A DNA stretch of 64,000 bases from Glaucostegus cemiculus (taxonomy: Eukaryota): NCBI GenBank assembly GCA_976551045.1, contig CDPCPM010000026.1, positions 5,890,001-5,954,000 of the forward strand, written 5' to 3'. The notes beneath the pieces are model-generated. The model did not search any database. It had not been told where the DNA came from and was given only the letters and a program-made list of their open reading frames with translations. The translations under genes were made by a program, and so were the position numbers. Below, in pieces: positions 1-11,391 of the stretch. The first letter of the stretch is position 1. Every line of letters begins with the position of its first letter.

Positions 1-213
1 GCATACACTAAAGCCATGCCGATGCATAAAATCTGATAGAGGTGCTTAAACAAGATTACTGCTGCATACACTGCTGCAGAGCAATACTGTCAAATTCAGC
101 AGAGGTTGTCACTACTCGTTGTACAATCACCCATCATGAGATGACAGCCATTGGAAACAGCCAAATGGTCAGGGTCGGAAGAACAGGAGGAAGACGAAGG
201 AGACAGAGGGTGA
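1..213 (+). pseudogene. PIF/Harbinger (HARBI1-like) transposase C-terminal relic, element A
   Basis: The frame of ORF 42..227 extended upstream reads SHADA*NLIEVLKQDYCCIHCCRAILSNSAE. After a frameshift it reads IMR*QPLETA..EEQEEDEG. This aligns by eye with the Harbinger C-terminus H..TR..IE..IG.LKQRFRCLDRSGGALQYSPE...LHN.AIMR plus an acidic tail. Confidence 0.7.
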
Positions 214-779
214 ATCAATCAAGGTAACATCTTCCTGCCTCCACTATGAAGAACTCATCGAGTGGGAATTCAGTATTAGAATCCCAATTCCTTATTTGCC
301 ACAAACCTGAACCATAACTTTCTTTTGCCTCTGATTCCCAATTAGCCACAATTTCAAAATAAATGCCACCGTGAAGTAAACTTTCCAAACTAAATTCAGA
401 AATGAAAACATGCCTCATTGAATATGAAGGTCAACTCGTCATCCTTGTGAATTCACCTAATTCCTGCCTTCTGTGTGCCTTTCACAGTTGCAGTGCTCCA
501 GCTCAGTTGTAATCCAGTAGCTGCTCTCTGGCTGGTAGATGGCTGGTGGCTTTCAGAGGAAGAAATTACAGATAGCCTTGGGCCTAAAAAGCTTGGCTGT
601 GGACTGCACCGACTCACTGTGGAAGTTGGCTGGCAGATGGAACAGGTGCAAGGGCACTGGGTTGGTAACAGGAATGGCAGGATGAATACTGACTTTGTGA
701 GGAAGTACATTTCCTTGGTCCATGGAGCCTCTGCTATTCTATTTTATGGTGGGGGAAGGGTGTGCCTCTGCGATCCTAG

Positions 780-1310
780 CAAACTGTTGTTGGACAGGTT
801 GTTGGAAAGTTGTGAGTCCCTGCAAGCCCCTTTGTAAGCAGAGGCCCACAGCCATAATAGCAGCACTCTGAGGCTTCCACATCAGTGCTCTCTTGTTTGA
901 TTAGTGCAGTGGAAGCTGCAACATTTACTGCATCTTGGTTGGGCCCAAATGAATGCAAACAAAGTGGGCCAATGATCCACTGCAGAAATGATGGACTGAG
1001 TTACTTGCAAAGTCTTGTGCTAAATCAGTGTTGCACTCCTCCACATTCATTGAGATTGAGTGCAGGCTTTCTAGTAGGCATTCCAATGTAGTAAAGGACC
1101 CCATCGAGGTCCTCAGTTGAGTCCTCTTCAGTAGAACTGTTGAATCTCTCTCTGCTATATTTATAGCCACTGTGTAGACTTGCCTCCCTGCTACCCTCAA
1201 AATTAAGTACTGAGTCAGGATCTAAGCTGATGTGAGGTTGAACAATGGTGTCTCTTCATTGTTGTTTTCTTGCTGCTCTGCCACTACATGAACAAGTTGC
1301 AGTTTCTGAA
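780..1310 (-). pseudogene. Downstream part of the Harbinger Myb/SANT-like ORF, element A (decayed)
   Basis: The minus strand gives ENNNEETPLFNLTSA*..., SSTEEDSTEDLDG and LLESLHSISMNVEECNTDLAQDFA (ORF 925..1200). This acidic, coiled-coil-like C-terminus lies downstream of the Myb exon at 1850-2050 on the same strand. Confidence 0.5.
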
Positions 1311-1849
1311 TCTCTGAACTTACAAAGGAACAAAGGTAAGGTTATGGTGCATGGAAGTGGGGAAAAATAAAAAGCGGTGTGCTACTTTGTCCTTTAAATC
1401 TGCCTTCTCAGTGGATATCTTGCATTCTATTTGGCTAGTGTGACTATCATGGTTGAATACCTGGCAGTGACTGATAGCCTTGAAGTGTGAGTATAAGGCT
1501 TAGAGCTGTTCTGGGTGTGTGGGAGAGAAGTAGAACATAGGATCGGCGAGTTTGTATCCTTATTGATATTGCTGTTAGTGAGATATGGCGTTCTCTGTCT
1601 GATATGGGGCTGATAATGGACGTGCAGTGATTGAAAACATCAGAGTCTGCTCTTATCCACATTACATATTGTTTACCTGTTCGATGTTTCCCAGGTCAAA
1701 TTTACCTCCAGAGTTATTTCCAGCATCTGCATTAATCACAATGCACCTCCCCTTTCAAAGGATAATGGTAACCCAAGCCTAAAGCTCCTCTCCACAGCCC
1801 AGATACCAGCACACATTCCCTGTGGCACTTTAAGCATGCATTTGTGGTC

Positions 1850-2050
1850 CTTGACCATTTATGTGAGGAAGTGGAACTTTTTAATAAGTTCAGGACCAGT
1901 CCCCTGGAACTTAATTAGTGGCATTGACCTTTGTGGTTATCTGATCCCTTCTGAGCATGGTTCTGGAGGGAACCCTCAGATCAAAAACCATCTTTCCTTC
2001 TTTGGACCTCCTCTACCAAGACTGTGCCTGACAGCATTTGGAGTTTGTTT
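1850..2050 (-). pseudogene. Myb/SANT-like DNA-binding domain exon of Harbinger element A
   Basis: Frameshifted minus-strand translation VLVEEVQRRKDGF* / PSRTMLRRDQITTKVNATN*VPGDWS / KKFHFLT*MVK matches the Myb_DNA-bind_5/NAIF1-like pattern LVEEV..RRD.L....W..IA..VNA....RTW.QC.KKF.DL. Confidence 0.7.
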
Positions 2051-2659
2051 TCAGCCAAGTTGTAACATTCTTCAATGTCCCCTAAAATCAGGTTTATAAC
2101 CTGTAGAAATGCAACTCCAGCACCAATCACAATGCACCTCTTTGTAGGATGCAGGCGAACCTTGCAAATAATGATATTGGCTCATTACAATGCATCTAGT
2201 CAATTAACACTGCGGTCATTGATGACTGAATGATGACCTGATTGAAATGTGAAGGATGCTTGAACTTGAGTTGTTCCCTACATTATAGTATACAGATGAT
2301 CACACATCACAGTGCTTCTGCCAGTTTTCAAGTGTATTGCATTTTCCCTTTATTTAATAATGCAGAAATTATTGACTGAATTTTACTTCTCTGAAGCACT
2401 GGGAATGTGTTGGGGCTGAGGGTTGGGGGTGGGGATAGGGGTCCCAGCAAGCAGCAGATCTGACATTTTCTGCAGCAGGTTTACCAGAGCCTTTGTAAGG
2501 CAGTCACGGCATTAACATATTATTTCCGGGTTTCAAAAACAATTAGGCTGAGCGGACACAATGACGACATGCACAATTCAGCTTGGCTTTATTGTTTCAG
2601 TGCTTATTGCAAGCATGAAATTTGCTGGATTCTAGCAGAGCTGGCTGCGTGGCCAAGGA

Positions 2660-2892
2660 AGTCGGGCCTGCCAAGGCTCCAGCAAGATTAAGTGACTCCT
2701 CACTGGATGTCATGCTGGAGGCTATAATGGCCCACAGGAAGATCATGTTCCTTGTTGTTGTGAGGGCGAAACCTGCCAGCGACACCAAGATGTCTTGGCA
2801 GGAGGTTGCCACAGAACTGAAGAGAAGTGTTGTTCCCATTCCTGGATATGAGTCAAAAGCAATTTAATGACTTCATCAGATCAGGAACAAGG
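2660..2892 (+). pseudogene. Myb/SANT-like domain exon 1 of Harbinger element B
   Basis: ORF 2622..2867 reads APARLSDSSLDVMLEAIMAHRKIMF...KPASDTKMSWQEVATELKRSVVP, then after a frameshift KQFNDFIRSG. This matches the Myb_DNA-bind_5/MSANTD pattern RFS...L..L...V......LF......W.EVA........KKFND. Confidence 0.75.
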
Positions 2893-3177
2893 AGCACAAT
2901 GGCATATTCACCTGGATCCTCATGTGCATATTACTTCAGCTCCTTAAACTAGACCCTTAAGTACACTCCAGCATATCACATCTTCCACCATTTCACACTG
3001 CAGCTGCACCCTTCTCTCACTGTCTTGCTTACACCCCCATCGGAGCAGTCATCACTGTGATTCAACTTCCTCACCTTTCTGCAATGTTATGCTTCTCTCT
3101 CATGGTCACCACGAATAAAACGTTGTCCTTTTTCACCCTTTAGTCTCAATCTTAAGACCTTGTTTTCCTCTTTGCAG

Positions 3178-3305
3178 GACAAGAAAGCACAGAACACAAG
3201 GGAAGGAGAGAGAGAACAGAAGGAGTTCTCTGGCCATCCCACCACTGACACATGGAGAGGAAAAATCCCTGGGGGCAATCAGCATGATGGACCATCAGAA
3301 ACAGG
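3178..3305 (+). pseudogene. Probable exon 2 of the element-B Myb/SANT gene
   Basis: A polypyrimidine acceptor ttttcctctttgcag (AG 3176-3177) is followed by DKKAQNTREGERE, similar to the EK.AHN.RE...TGGG segment that follows this domain. The 3' boundary is uncertain. Confidence 0.5.
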
Positions 3306-3508
3306 TGAAGGGGACCTATCAGCTTCCTGGCTTCAGAATTCTGCCTCATCCAGCCACACTTCAGCCCAACTCATGAGGATAAGTTAACACAGTGAGTGAA
3401 AGATATTAATGTGGATAATGAAAACCTTATTAGCTTTATTGTTTTAATTTGTACCTTTAACCATCCATAGTTTTTTCATCCTCTGAGTGGACACGCAACA
3501 AGACAATA

Positions 3509-3858
3509 GGGCAGCATAGTGTCACAGCGAGTAGATCTACTGCCTCACAGCTCCAGTGACCCAAGTTCAATTCTGGCCTCCAGTGCTCTCTGTGTGAAGT
3601 CTGCACGTTCTCCGTATAATGGTGTGGGTTTCCTCCAGGTGCTCCGGTTTCCTTCCATGCACCAAATATATGCATGTTGGAGGTTAATTGGCTGCTGTAA
3701 ATTGCTGTTACCGTGTAACTGAGTGGTAGAATCTGGAGGGAGTGGGTGGGAATGTGGGGAGGATGAAATGTAGGATTAGTGTAAATGGGTAGGTGTTAGT
3801 TGGTTGCCAAGGACTTGGTGGGCTGAAGGGCCTGTTTCTCTTCTGTATGACTCTATGA
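3509..3858 (+). mobile_element. HE1-type tRNA-derived V-SINE with CR1-derived tail
   Basis: It has a tRNA-like head with B-box-like AGTTCAATTC, the V-domain core gcacgttctcc...gtgggtttcctccaggtgctccggtttcc, and the tail gggctgaagggcctgtttct..ctgtatgactctatga shared with CR1 3' ends in this window (e.g. 13280-13325). Confidence 0.85.
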
Positions 3859-5019
3859 TAATGGTGACACCTCTTTCTTACAGGAGGTCACACAATCTGA
3901 GGTTACATTATCACATTTCTTATGTACAGCTTACACTTGCTCACATTTCAGTGGGTCCTGTAAGAAGTGCACAGTTAAGTCAGAGCAGATGAGGGAGACA
4001 GGTACTGCAATGGAAAATCCACTTCAAAGGGTGCAGAACAGTCCAAGGGCTGCTCAGCTGGAAGCAATTGTCACACCTTGTAGGCCCTGAACTAATTGGA
4101 AACTTCTGGAACCGTAACAAAGAACATGTGATATAATATTTGACATCCCAGCTGCATTCTGCAAGTGTGCTGATGGATTGGAGGATTTCACTGAGGACTA
4201 CAGTAGGAATGGCACCCTCAGTAGGAGGTACGATACCCGAGCCATGGCCACACAGTCTCCATTGATCTGCAGAGCAGTGCATACCCACTGTCTGCACATA
4301 GACAAGAGGAAGAGGGCCATGGGATGGTGATGAGGGGGCTCTAATTAAAGCACCTCCATTCTCATCTTGGGTCCCTTCTCAATCAGTACTCATATGTCAT
4401 CTCATATCCCAAGGGCCAAATCTGTCTAGTACAGGCACAAGTTGAGCATTCTATTGGTGGAGCAATCGTGGTTCTACAACACAGGGCAGGGTCTGAGCAG
4501 CTTGCTTCAAACTCTGCTGAAACTGGAAAGGTTGAACTGAGCAGTAATTCTAGAAAGACAAAGATTCAAGACATGTAGTTACACAAGGGTATACGATGGG
4601 TGTTAGCATTGCAGTTCAGTTATTTGGATGTGCATAAATATTATCTGTTGGCACCACTTTCTGCTCTGGAACATTTTAACTCAAAGCCTGGCCTGTTGAC
4701 TTTATGTTAAAGTAAAATTGCAGGACTGGAATAATGTGAATAATGCTGAGTGGACAAGCCAGGTGTAGCTATTTTCTGGATTAATTTGCCCTGATGTTAG
4801 TGGTGTGCAGGTTTGGTCTTCAGATATTGGATGGATGTAGAAATAGATGGAGCTGGGTACCCCAGGCAGTAGAATTCAATGCTTATCCTGCAGTGCCTGC
4901 ATCATACTTCACATCTTTCTCCTTTTCCTTCTCCCTTCTGCTCGTTGCAAGCTGCTCTCTACAGATCTACTCATTACCTTTACTATGATTATTCTAATTT
5001 AGTTTCTGCTCATCCTGCT

Positions 5020-5280
5020 CCTCCTATTCTTCCTTGAAGCCTCTGTTCGCTCTGTTTCATGACTCCAACTTTTCATATTGCATAATGTTGTGCCAAATGC
5101 AGCATTACACCATCACACTGGGGGCTGTGGGTGATTCATATTGAAGGGTACCTCCAGTCTATCAATGCATCTGAAGCACATCTTCAGCATGTCATTTCCT
5201 TGCTCAGTGAGGTTCTGCTCAGTGGATGGCTTTGTCTGTACTACTTCTGGGTCTCATTGCTGGGAGTCTTCAGCTGGGAC
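5020..5280 (-). pseudogene. Harbinger transposase C-terminal relic, element B
   Basis: The minus strand reads PSNETQK*YRQSHPLSR / TEQGNDMLKMCFRCIDR / TGGTLQYESPTAPSVMV*CCIWHNIMQ, compared with HARBI1-like IEQ.IG.LKMRFRCLDRSGG.LQY.P......CC.LHN. Confidence 0.8.
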
Positions 5281-5297
5281 CTAAGGTAGATATTTGA

Positions 5298-5410
5298 AAA
5301 GCAAAGAAACTGCAGGTGCTCTGAATCTGAAATAAGAATAGAAACTGCTGGAGTTACTCAGCAGGTCAGGCAGCATCAGAGGAGAGAGACGTAGAGTTAA
5401 TGTTGATGTT
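5298..5410 (-). mobile_element. Penelope-like terminal repeat (pLTR) fragment
   Basis: aactgcaggtgct..aatctgaaataag...gctggagttactcagcaggtcaggcagcatc is the same motif found at 17344, 18564, 19855, 22620, 27124 and 28258. Confidence 0.65.
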
Positions 5411-5598
5411 GAACATTGACCAGGATTTATTGCCAGGTTTGTCTTTAGTCCCCATACAATAACAATGTTGCCAAACCTAAGTTTTCAATCAAGTTCCAGG
5501 TGGCTTGTAAAACCTGCAGGCACTCTGTTAAAGCCCCAACATCCTGTCAATATTGCTCTTAATGAACGTTCCTGTATTGCAAATATCAGCCCCTTTTA

Positions 5599-5680
5599 GG
5601 GGGCTTTCTGCACGCTCAGCTTAAATGGAAAACAGTGCATTATCTCCACTCAATCCCTCAGCGGAGTTAAAATTCAGCCC
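5599..5680. mobile_element. Possible Harbinger-type MITE remnant
   Basis: It ends in AAAATTCAGCCC (reverse complement of GGGCTGAATTTT) followed by TAA and is preceded by TTA, consistent with a TWA target site. The left TIR is degenerate. Confidence 0.35.
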
Positions 5681-8600
5681 TAACTCGTAGTCATTGAGGA
5701 AGGTCAACTTGTCATTTCTGGTTGTTAAGCTGTTTAATTTGGATTGCACGTTATGTTCTATTGAATGGCTTAATTTACCATTAGTGGCAGATTGCCATAC
5801 AAGAAAGCAAAAAGTAACACACAAAAGGTTTGGCAGTAACTACATGTGGTTACCACATAGTTACTGTCAAAATATCCTTAATGCGTGCAGACAGGAGATT
5901 CTGGCCTTTATTTACAATGAACACATTTGCTGCCAAAACTGTCTGCTACTTGGTCCTCTCATTTACACTGTATCCTTGTTATACAGCACTATTTGACTGG
6001 CTTCCAGGTAACATGCTATAATACATCTTGTTTTCCCTTTCCAATGATCCTCTTAATCTCCCCCTTTGTTTTCTTTTCATTTTCTGTGCTTTTAATTCTA
6101 TCAGCTTTCAGCTGTGCTGGCTCTTTTCACTCCAATTATCGAGTGTACAGTTACTATTGTATCCCCTTTGCTTCATCTGGATGTTCGCCACAAGGCCATC
6201 TCTCCTGGATAGTTACTAAAATAACTTGCTTCAGCATCGTGCCTGAAAATGCCTTTTGAAGTTTTTCCATGAACTTTGAGAGAAAAGTAGAATTTAATTA
6301 AAATAACAGTCTTCATACTGCTGTCAGTGAGCAAAATGGCTAAAGCAATATATGAGGCTCTGGATTAAAATGTTTCTCTGCTCTTTAGCATTTTCATATC
6401 AACTTTATACTCACAGAACACTTTGCTTAATTTTTATTCACATTTCACAAGCCTTTATTCATTTTGGTACAGCTCATGTTCTAGTGTTGAGATTGTGCTT
6501 ATCATTAGGTACCTTTTAGTCACCAAATCATTGTAAAACCGGTTTACAATTTTTAAAAAATTCTCTAGAGTGATAATTTAATGTTAGGTCATGAACAGAA
6601 GTAAATGTTTCTTGTTGCCTGCCTTACAACAAATATTAGTGTGGCCATTAGCGGACTGTGTACTAGTAATGTTAGGTTTTAATCTTTGGTTTCTATGGTT
6701 TAGACGATTCCTCCCATATTTTCAGTAAATTAGTATTTCTGAAAGTAAATGAACTAAAATCAGGAGAGACTGAGATTAGAATTTTTAAGCTGCTAACTGA
6801 ACCATGTCCACGGCAATCAAAAAGCTAATTGTTGTGAATATTCCAAGACTGTAGTGCTTGTTATGTGCTTCACATTTTATCAATTTTCTGGCATTAGTGT
6901 GATAAATTTGCATCCATAAGTATTACAGTGGCAGCCTTATCTCTCATAGTCGAGCGTTTGAATCGTGGCTGCTTTGTTCTGACTGCCTTTCAACATATTG
7001 GATCAAATACCAGGGCAAAAGATAAGTTTACTTTCAATTATTTTTTTTGGTGCTCAGAAGTAATCCCTTGGACAACTTTTTTTTCTTTTAGATAAAATCC
7101 TGCTCAGGCATGCGTTAAAATGCAGCTTGTAAGGTACCTGGTGTTGCTGAAGACTAGATAAAGGAATCATATTTTCAGGCAAAGCAGTGCTCAAGCTGTC
7201 TTGTGCAAAGAAAGACTATGGTTGGCCTAAGGCATGTATGTGCACAGGAGACACTCCACATCTTTCATAAGGTGATGGGTTCTGTGTGAGCACAGATGCA
7301 TTTTGTTCTCCTATGAGGAAATGATGACTACATTATCAGAAACAAAGCCAAAATAACAGGGCTTCCTGAATAGTTTTTTTTTTGTCCCTCGTGCCTCTGC
7401 TATTCCAACCACTTATCAAAGTTACAGATTTTTGCTTTGTACGCTGTAACTCAAAAATCAAGTGCAGCTTATTAATATGAAAGTAACAGGCTCCTGTTTA
7501 TTACATGTAACAATGTAGAATATAACTGTTTAATATAAATCTGACATTTAAATTCCACTTAGTCTTCAGATATGAATGATTTAAATGAATAATAATTTAC
7601 CCCAGAGTAAAGCTTCCTTCAGCCTGCATTTGAATGTATTGAAGTTTTTCAGGTAATCATTTTTTTTCAGAGGAACCAAATTGTGAAGACATCTGTTATG
7701 TTATTAATTTCACATAAATCTTAAGCTCCTCGAGGCCCGAAATGAGGCTTCATTCAAGCCGAATTAATGAAACATGATTGTAAGTCCCTTGCATGGAAAT
7801 GCTGTCATACAATATTGAGTTGCCTATAATCACTGAGTAATCTTATGGGCTGTCGAGGGAGCATTAGTTCAAATCCCTCCATAAAACAATCTCAGAAAAT
7901 ATCCAAATCAAAATCTTAACTATATCCTGAAAGATTAATATCAGATAAAATTCTGTGAAATAAATCATAGATTCCCAGTAAAGGATTCAGATGTTTCCTG
8001 TAAAAGTATATTGTTCAGTGTAATGGATGATGAGATCTCTCTACACAGAACTACTAACCGTAATACATAGATGTACATGATTAATTGAAATCTGTAGGCT
8101 TATAAGATTTTAATTACTAATTTTAATATTGTCGTTTTGTTAATGACAGCCTGTTACGACAAAACAGTAAATTTCAGTTATTCCTCTAATAAAATGAATG
8201 ACTTTCAAACTTCAGGTGATGCTCACACCAAATCTGTACTCTCAAAAGGGCTTGCAACATATAAAATAGAAATACTTGCTACTTATGAACTCTAGTTGTA
8301 ATGGTGTTGCTATTATATAGTTTTCATGTTGCATTGTGTGATATGCAAATTGTAACAAAGACTATTCTTTTCTGAAAGAGTTAATGCTGCAAATTTTCCC
8401 CAGACACTGCTTCAAAGGTTAATTTTGATCTGTATTTAGCTATAGCCAATCAGATGTAGTTACTAGAGAGTCCACAAACTGCAATAAAAACTATCTGTGT
8501 GTATCCTCACTTTAGCTAATCCCCGCTCCCACAGGCATTATTGAATTTATAGCGGAGAGAGTAGTTCTTTAGTGTCGGTTTCGGATGCTTGATTCTCATT

Positions 8601-9084
8601 CACCTCTGCAAATCCAAGTCAAAATAAACCCAAATCTTTCAAGTCACGATGTTTCAATGGGCATGCACATAAGTGCACAAGATCTGCTATAGTTATCGTG
8701 GTAGAAATTACCAGTACATTGGCTTCTCTTTAATGTACTGATAGCAAGGGTGAAGGCAAGGTTTGTAGTTAGGGGATAAGTTGGGTGCAGTATTCTTCTG
8801 ATTTTATTCTGCAAAAAGTTATTTATTTCACTATATATGCAACAAATAATATATTATGATGTAAGACAGCTTTAACCTTAAAACTGCCATCCATTTCACA
8901 TAAGACAAATGCGACAGGTGTTTCTCTCAGATTCATACAGGAATGTACACTGGAATATAATTGTCCTTGCAACATATGAAGCTTTATTTTTGTTTTTGAT
9001 CTTTTTGATCACTTCACTCAGATCTGTAGTGTAGTATTTTTACAGTATGTTTAGCCAGTTTTAGCCCAGGTTTACCAATTGTGG

Positions 9085-9420
9085 CTTGACAAGGTAGATG
9101 AAGAGTTGATGCTTCCCTGTCTGGGTTGTTTAGAGTGTGATTTCAGTCTTGAAATAAGGGTTTAATTATTCAGGACTGAGATGAGAAGAAATTTCTTCAC
9201 ACAGAACCTGGTGAATCTTTGGAATTCACTAACCCAATGGACAGTGGAGGCCTAGTTGCTGAGACAGAGATCAATAGGTGTTTGGGTATTGGGGGAAATC
9301 AAGGGATATGGGGTTAGTGTAGAAAAGGGCGCTGTGGTAAAAGATCAGCCATGATCTAACTGAATGGCAGAGCAAGCACAAGAGGCCAAATGGCTTATTC
9401 TTTTATCTGTTTCTTTTGTA
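9085..9420 (+). mobile_element. CR1 LINE 3' fragment
   Basis: It contains aggactgagatgagaagaaatttcttcacacag...gtgaatctttggaattcact (CR1 ORF2 end R..FF.QRVV..WN.L) and a 3' UTR gatcagccatgatc..tgaatggcagagca. Confidence 0.75.
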
Positions 9421-10000
9421 TTTACACACTTTATATCTCACTTGAGAGATTAATTTACTAAATGTTTTGTTTTATTTTTGAAAATTCACTTTCAATTACT
9501 GAATAAGTACATGCTTCACTATCTCCGTGATGACATGTTTTCTAGTGGGGACAAGTGAAATGAGTGTATGTGGGTGAGCCTGTGGGTAGAGATGTTGCAA
9601 TGTTCCAATATCCTATGCAGGTCTAGTGAAGCAAGTCTCCACCTGTTCTGCATAATGCAGGCAGTTCTGGCTGGGCATTGAGAGAGATCATTCTCACCAA
9701 ATGCGATGAGAGATTCAGTTTTCCCATTGCAATGACAAGCTGACAATCACTTATGTCTTTTTTGTGATCTTGCTTGCAGGTCACTTTGAGTTTGCCTGTA
9801 TGAAAGAAATCCCAATGACCGGCACATTCTGGCATACATGATGTCAGGATTGAAAGGAATACACATCCAACTTTGGCAAGTATCCAAAAAATTTGTTTAA
9901 TGTTAGTTAAGTTACATTGGTTAACTTTAACTTGACTCATTAAACTGAATTGACAGTCTGAGGCAAATCTCCCTGCACTTGCTAGAATTTACAGCTCTAA

Positions 10001-10014
10001 CCCCCCCCCCCCCC
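10001..10014. repeat. Poly-C homopolymer (C14)
   Basis: Read directly from the sequence. Confidence 0.9.
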
Positions 10015-10309
10015 ACCAGTGAATAATCACTACTTGTCATATTTTGACCCTCTGATATTCTCTTATTTTCCCTCTTTGTTTGATTCTCACTGATCAATAA
10101 TAAACAAATAATAATTATTAAAAGAATAGATCTTTTTGCCAAATAGATTTCTATGTGTTTTGTTTTTATTCAGTAAAACTGCTAGTTAAATCCATGCAAG
10201 AAGATAATTGGAAATGCATCACTGGGTTGGTACTAACTCAATGCAGCCAATGCTTTTAATCTTGGGTTTCAGGAAGATGTGAGGTCCAAACTGCATCCCG
10301 ACAAAAAAT

Positions 10310-11390
10310 ACCTACCACTTACTCACCAATAGCCTGCACATTGATTTCCAGTTGAGCTTCACCAGAACCACATGGTTCCAGATCTCATCACAGCCTTGGC
10401 CCAAACATGGACCAGAAAGCTGAATTCCAGTGAGAAGCTGGAAGTGACTGTTCCTGACATCAAGGCAGAATTTGACCGAGAGCAGCATCAAGAAACCCTG
10501 GTAGACAGAAGTCAGTGGGATCAATGGGAAAGCACTCCAGAGGCTGGAGACATTCTGCACACAAAGCAAGACGGTTATGATTGTTGGAGTTCCTTGGGGC
10601 CACATTCTCAGCCCAATCACCTTCAACTTCTTCCTTCTATTGTAAGATTGGAAGTGGGGAAATACAATTCCATTCACAAATTCTCAGTATATGAGGCAAC
10701 GCATGCCTGCGTGCATCAAGACCCAGATAACATTTAGGCATGGGCTCATAAATGTTAAGCTGTAGTTGTACCACACAACGCAACAAGGGGGAATCTAACC
10801 ATTTACGCATGTCTCATGCCTTCAATATATTGGGGGACACTGTTGAAACTCAATTAGACCAGCCACTGGACCGGCATTGTAGTTGCAAAATCAGGCTGGT
10901 ATTCTGCAATGAGTGACTTACCTCTGGACACCCTTAGGCCTTTCCACCATCAACAAGGCACATCAGGAGTGCGATGCAGAACACTCCATTTGCCTAGATG
11001 AGTGCAGCTCCAGACACTCTAGAGAAGCTCAACATCATTCAGAAAACAGCTCCCTTCGTTACTGGCACACCATGTCCACAGAATGCACTGCATCTAGACT
11101 ACTCAATGCACTTCTTAAACCTATAACCTACCATAAGAAAGACAGGGGTAGCAGTTATATAGGAACAACACACCTGTAAGCTCTCTCTGTGTAGCACGCT
11201 ATCCTGACTTCAACATATAACACCATGCTGTTGTCATTGTGAGATCTAAATCTTGCAACGCCCTCCCCAACACCAGGACTGCAGGTTCATGCAGGTGTCT
11301 CATCACGTCCTTCCCAAGGGTAATTATTGCTGGTCAGTAAATGCTGGTTTTGCCAGCAGACCCATATTCTGAGAAATGAGCATATTAAAA
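10310..11390 (+). mobile_element. L2-clade LINE RT and 3' end, decayed
   Basis: ORF 10372..10737 PDLITALAQTWTRKLNS...VTVPDIKAEFDR matches the RT motif LDIKAAFDRVWH. The tail cagtaaatgctggttttgccagc is of the type shared by Deu-domain SINEs and their partner LINE. Confidence 0.75.
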
Positions 11391-11391
11391 T

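Larger units (their letters stand above)
2373..5592. mobile_element. Fossil two-gene PIF/Harbinger DNA transposon, element B
   Basis: A Myb/SANT relic (+) and a transposase relic (-) converge. Degenerate TIR-like ends are GACTGAATTTTAC (2374-2386) and GCAAATATCAGCCC (5579-5592). It is interrupted by a SINE and a Penelope-like terminal repeat. Confidence 0.65.

Noticed and set aside
3509-3580. tRNA gene (also 21707-21780 and 32420-32492)
   Set aside because: The A/B-box-like heads are fused to SINE bodies and I see no complete cloverleaf.
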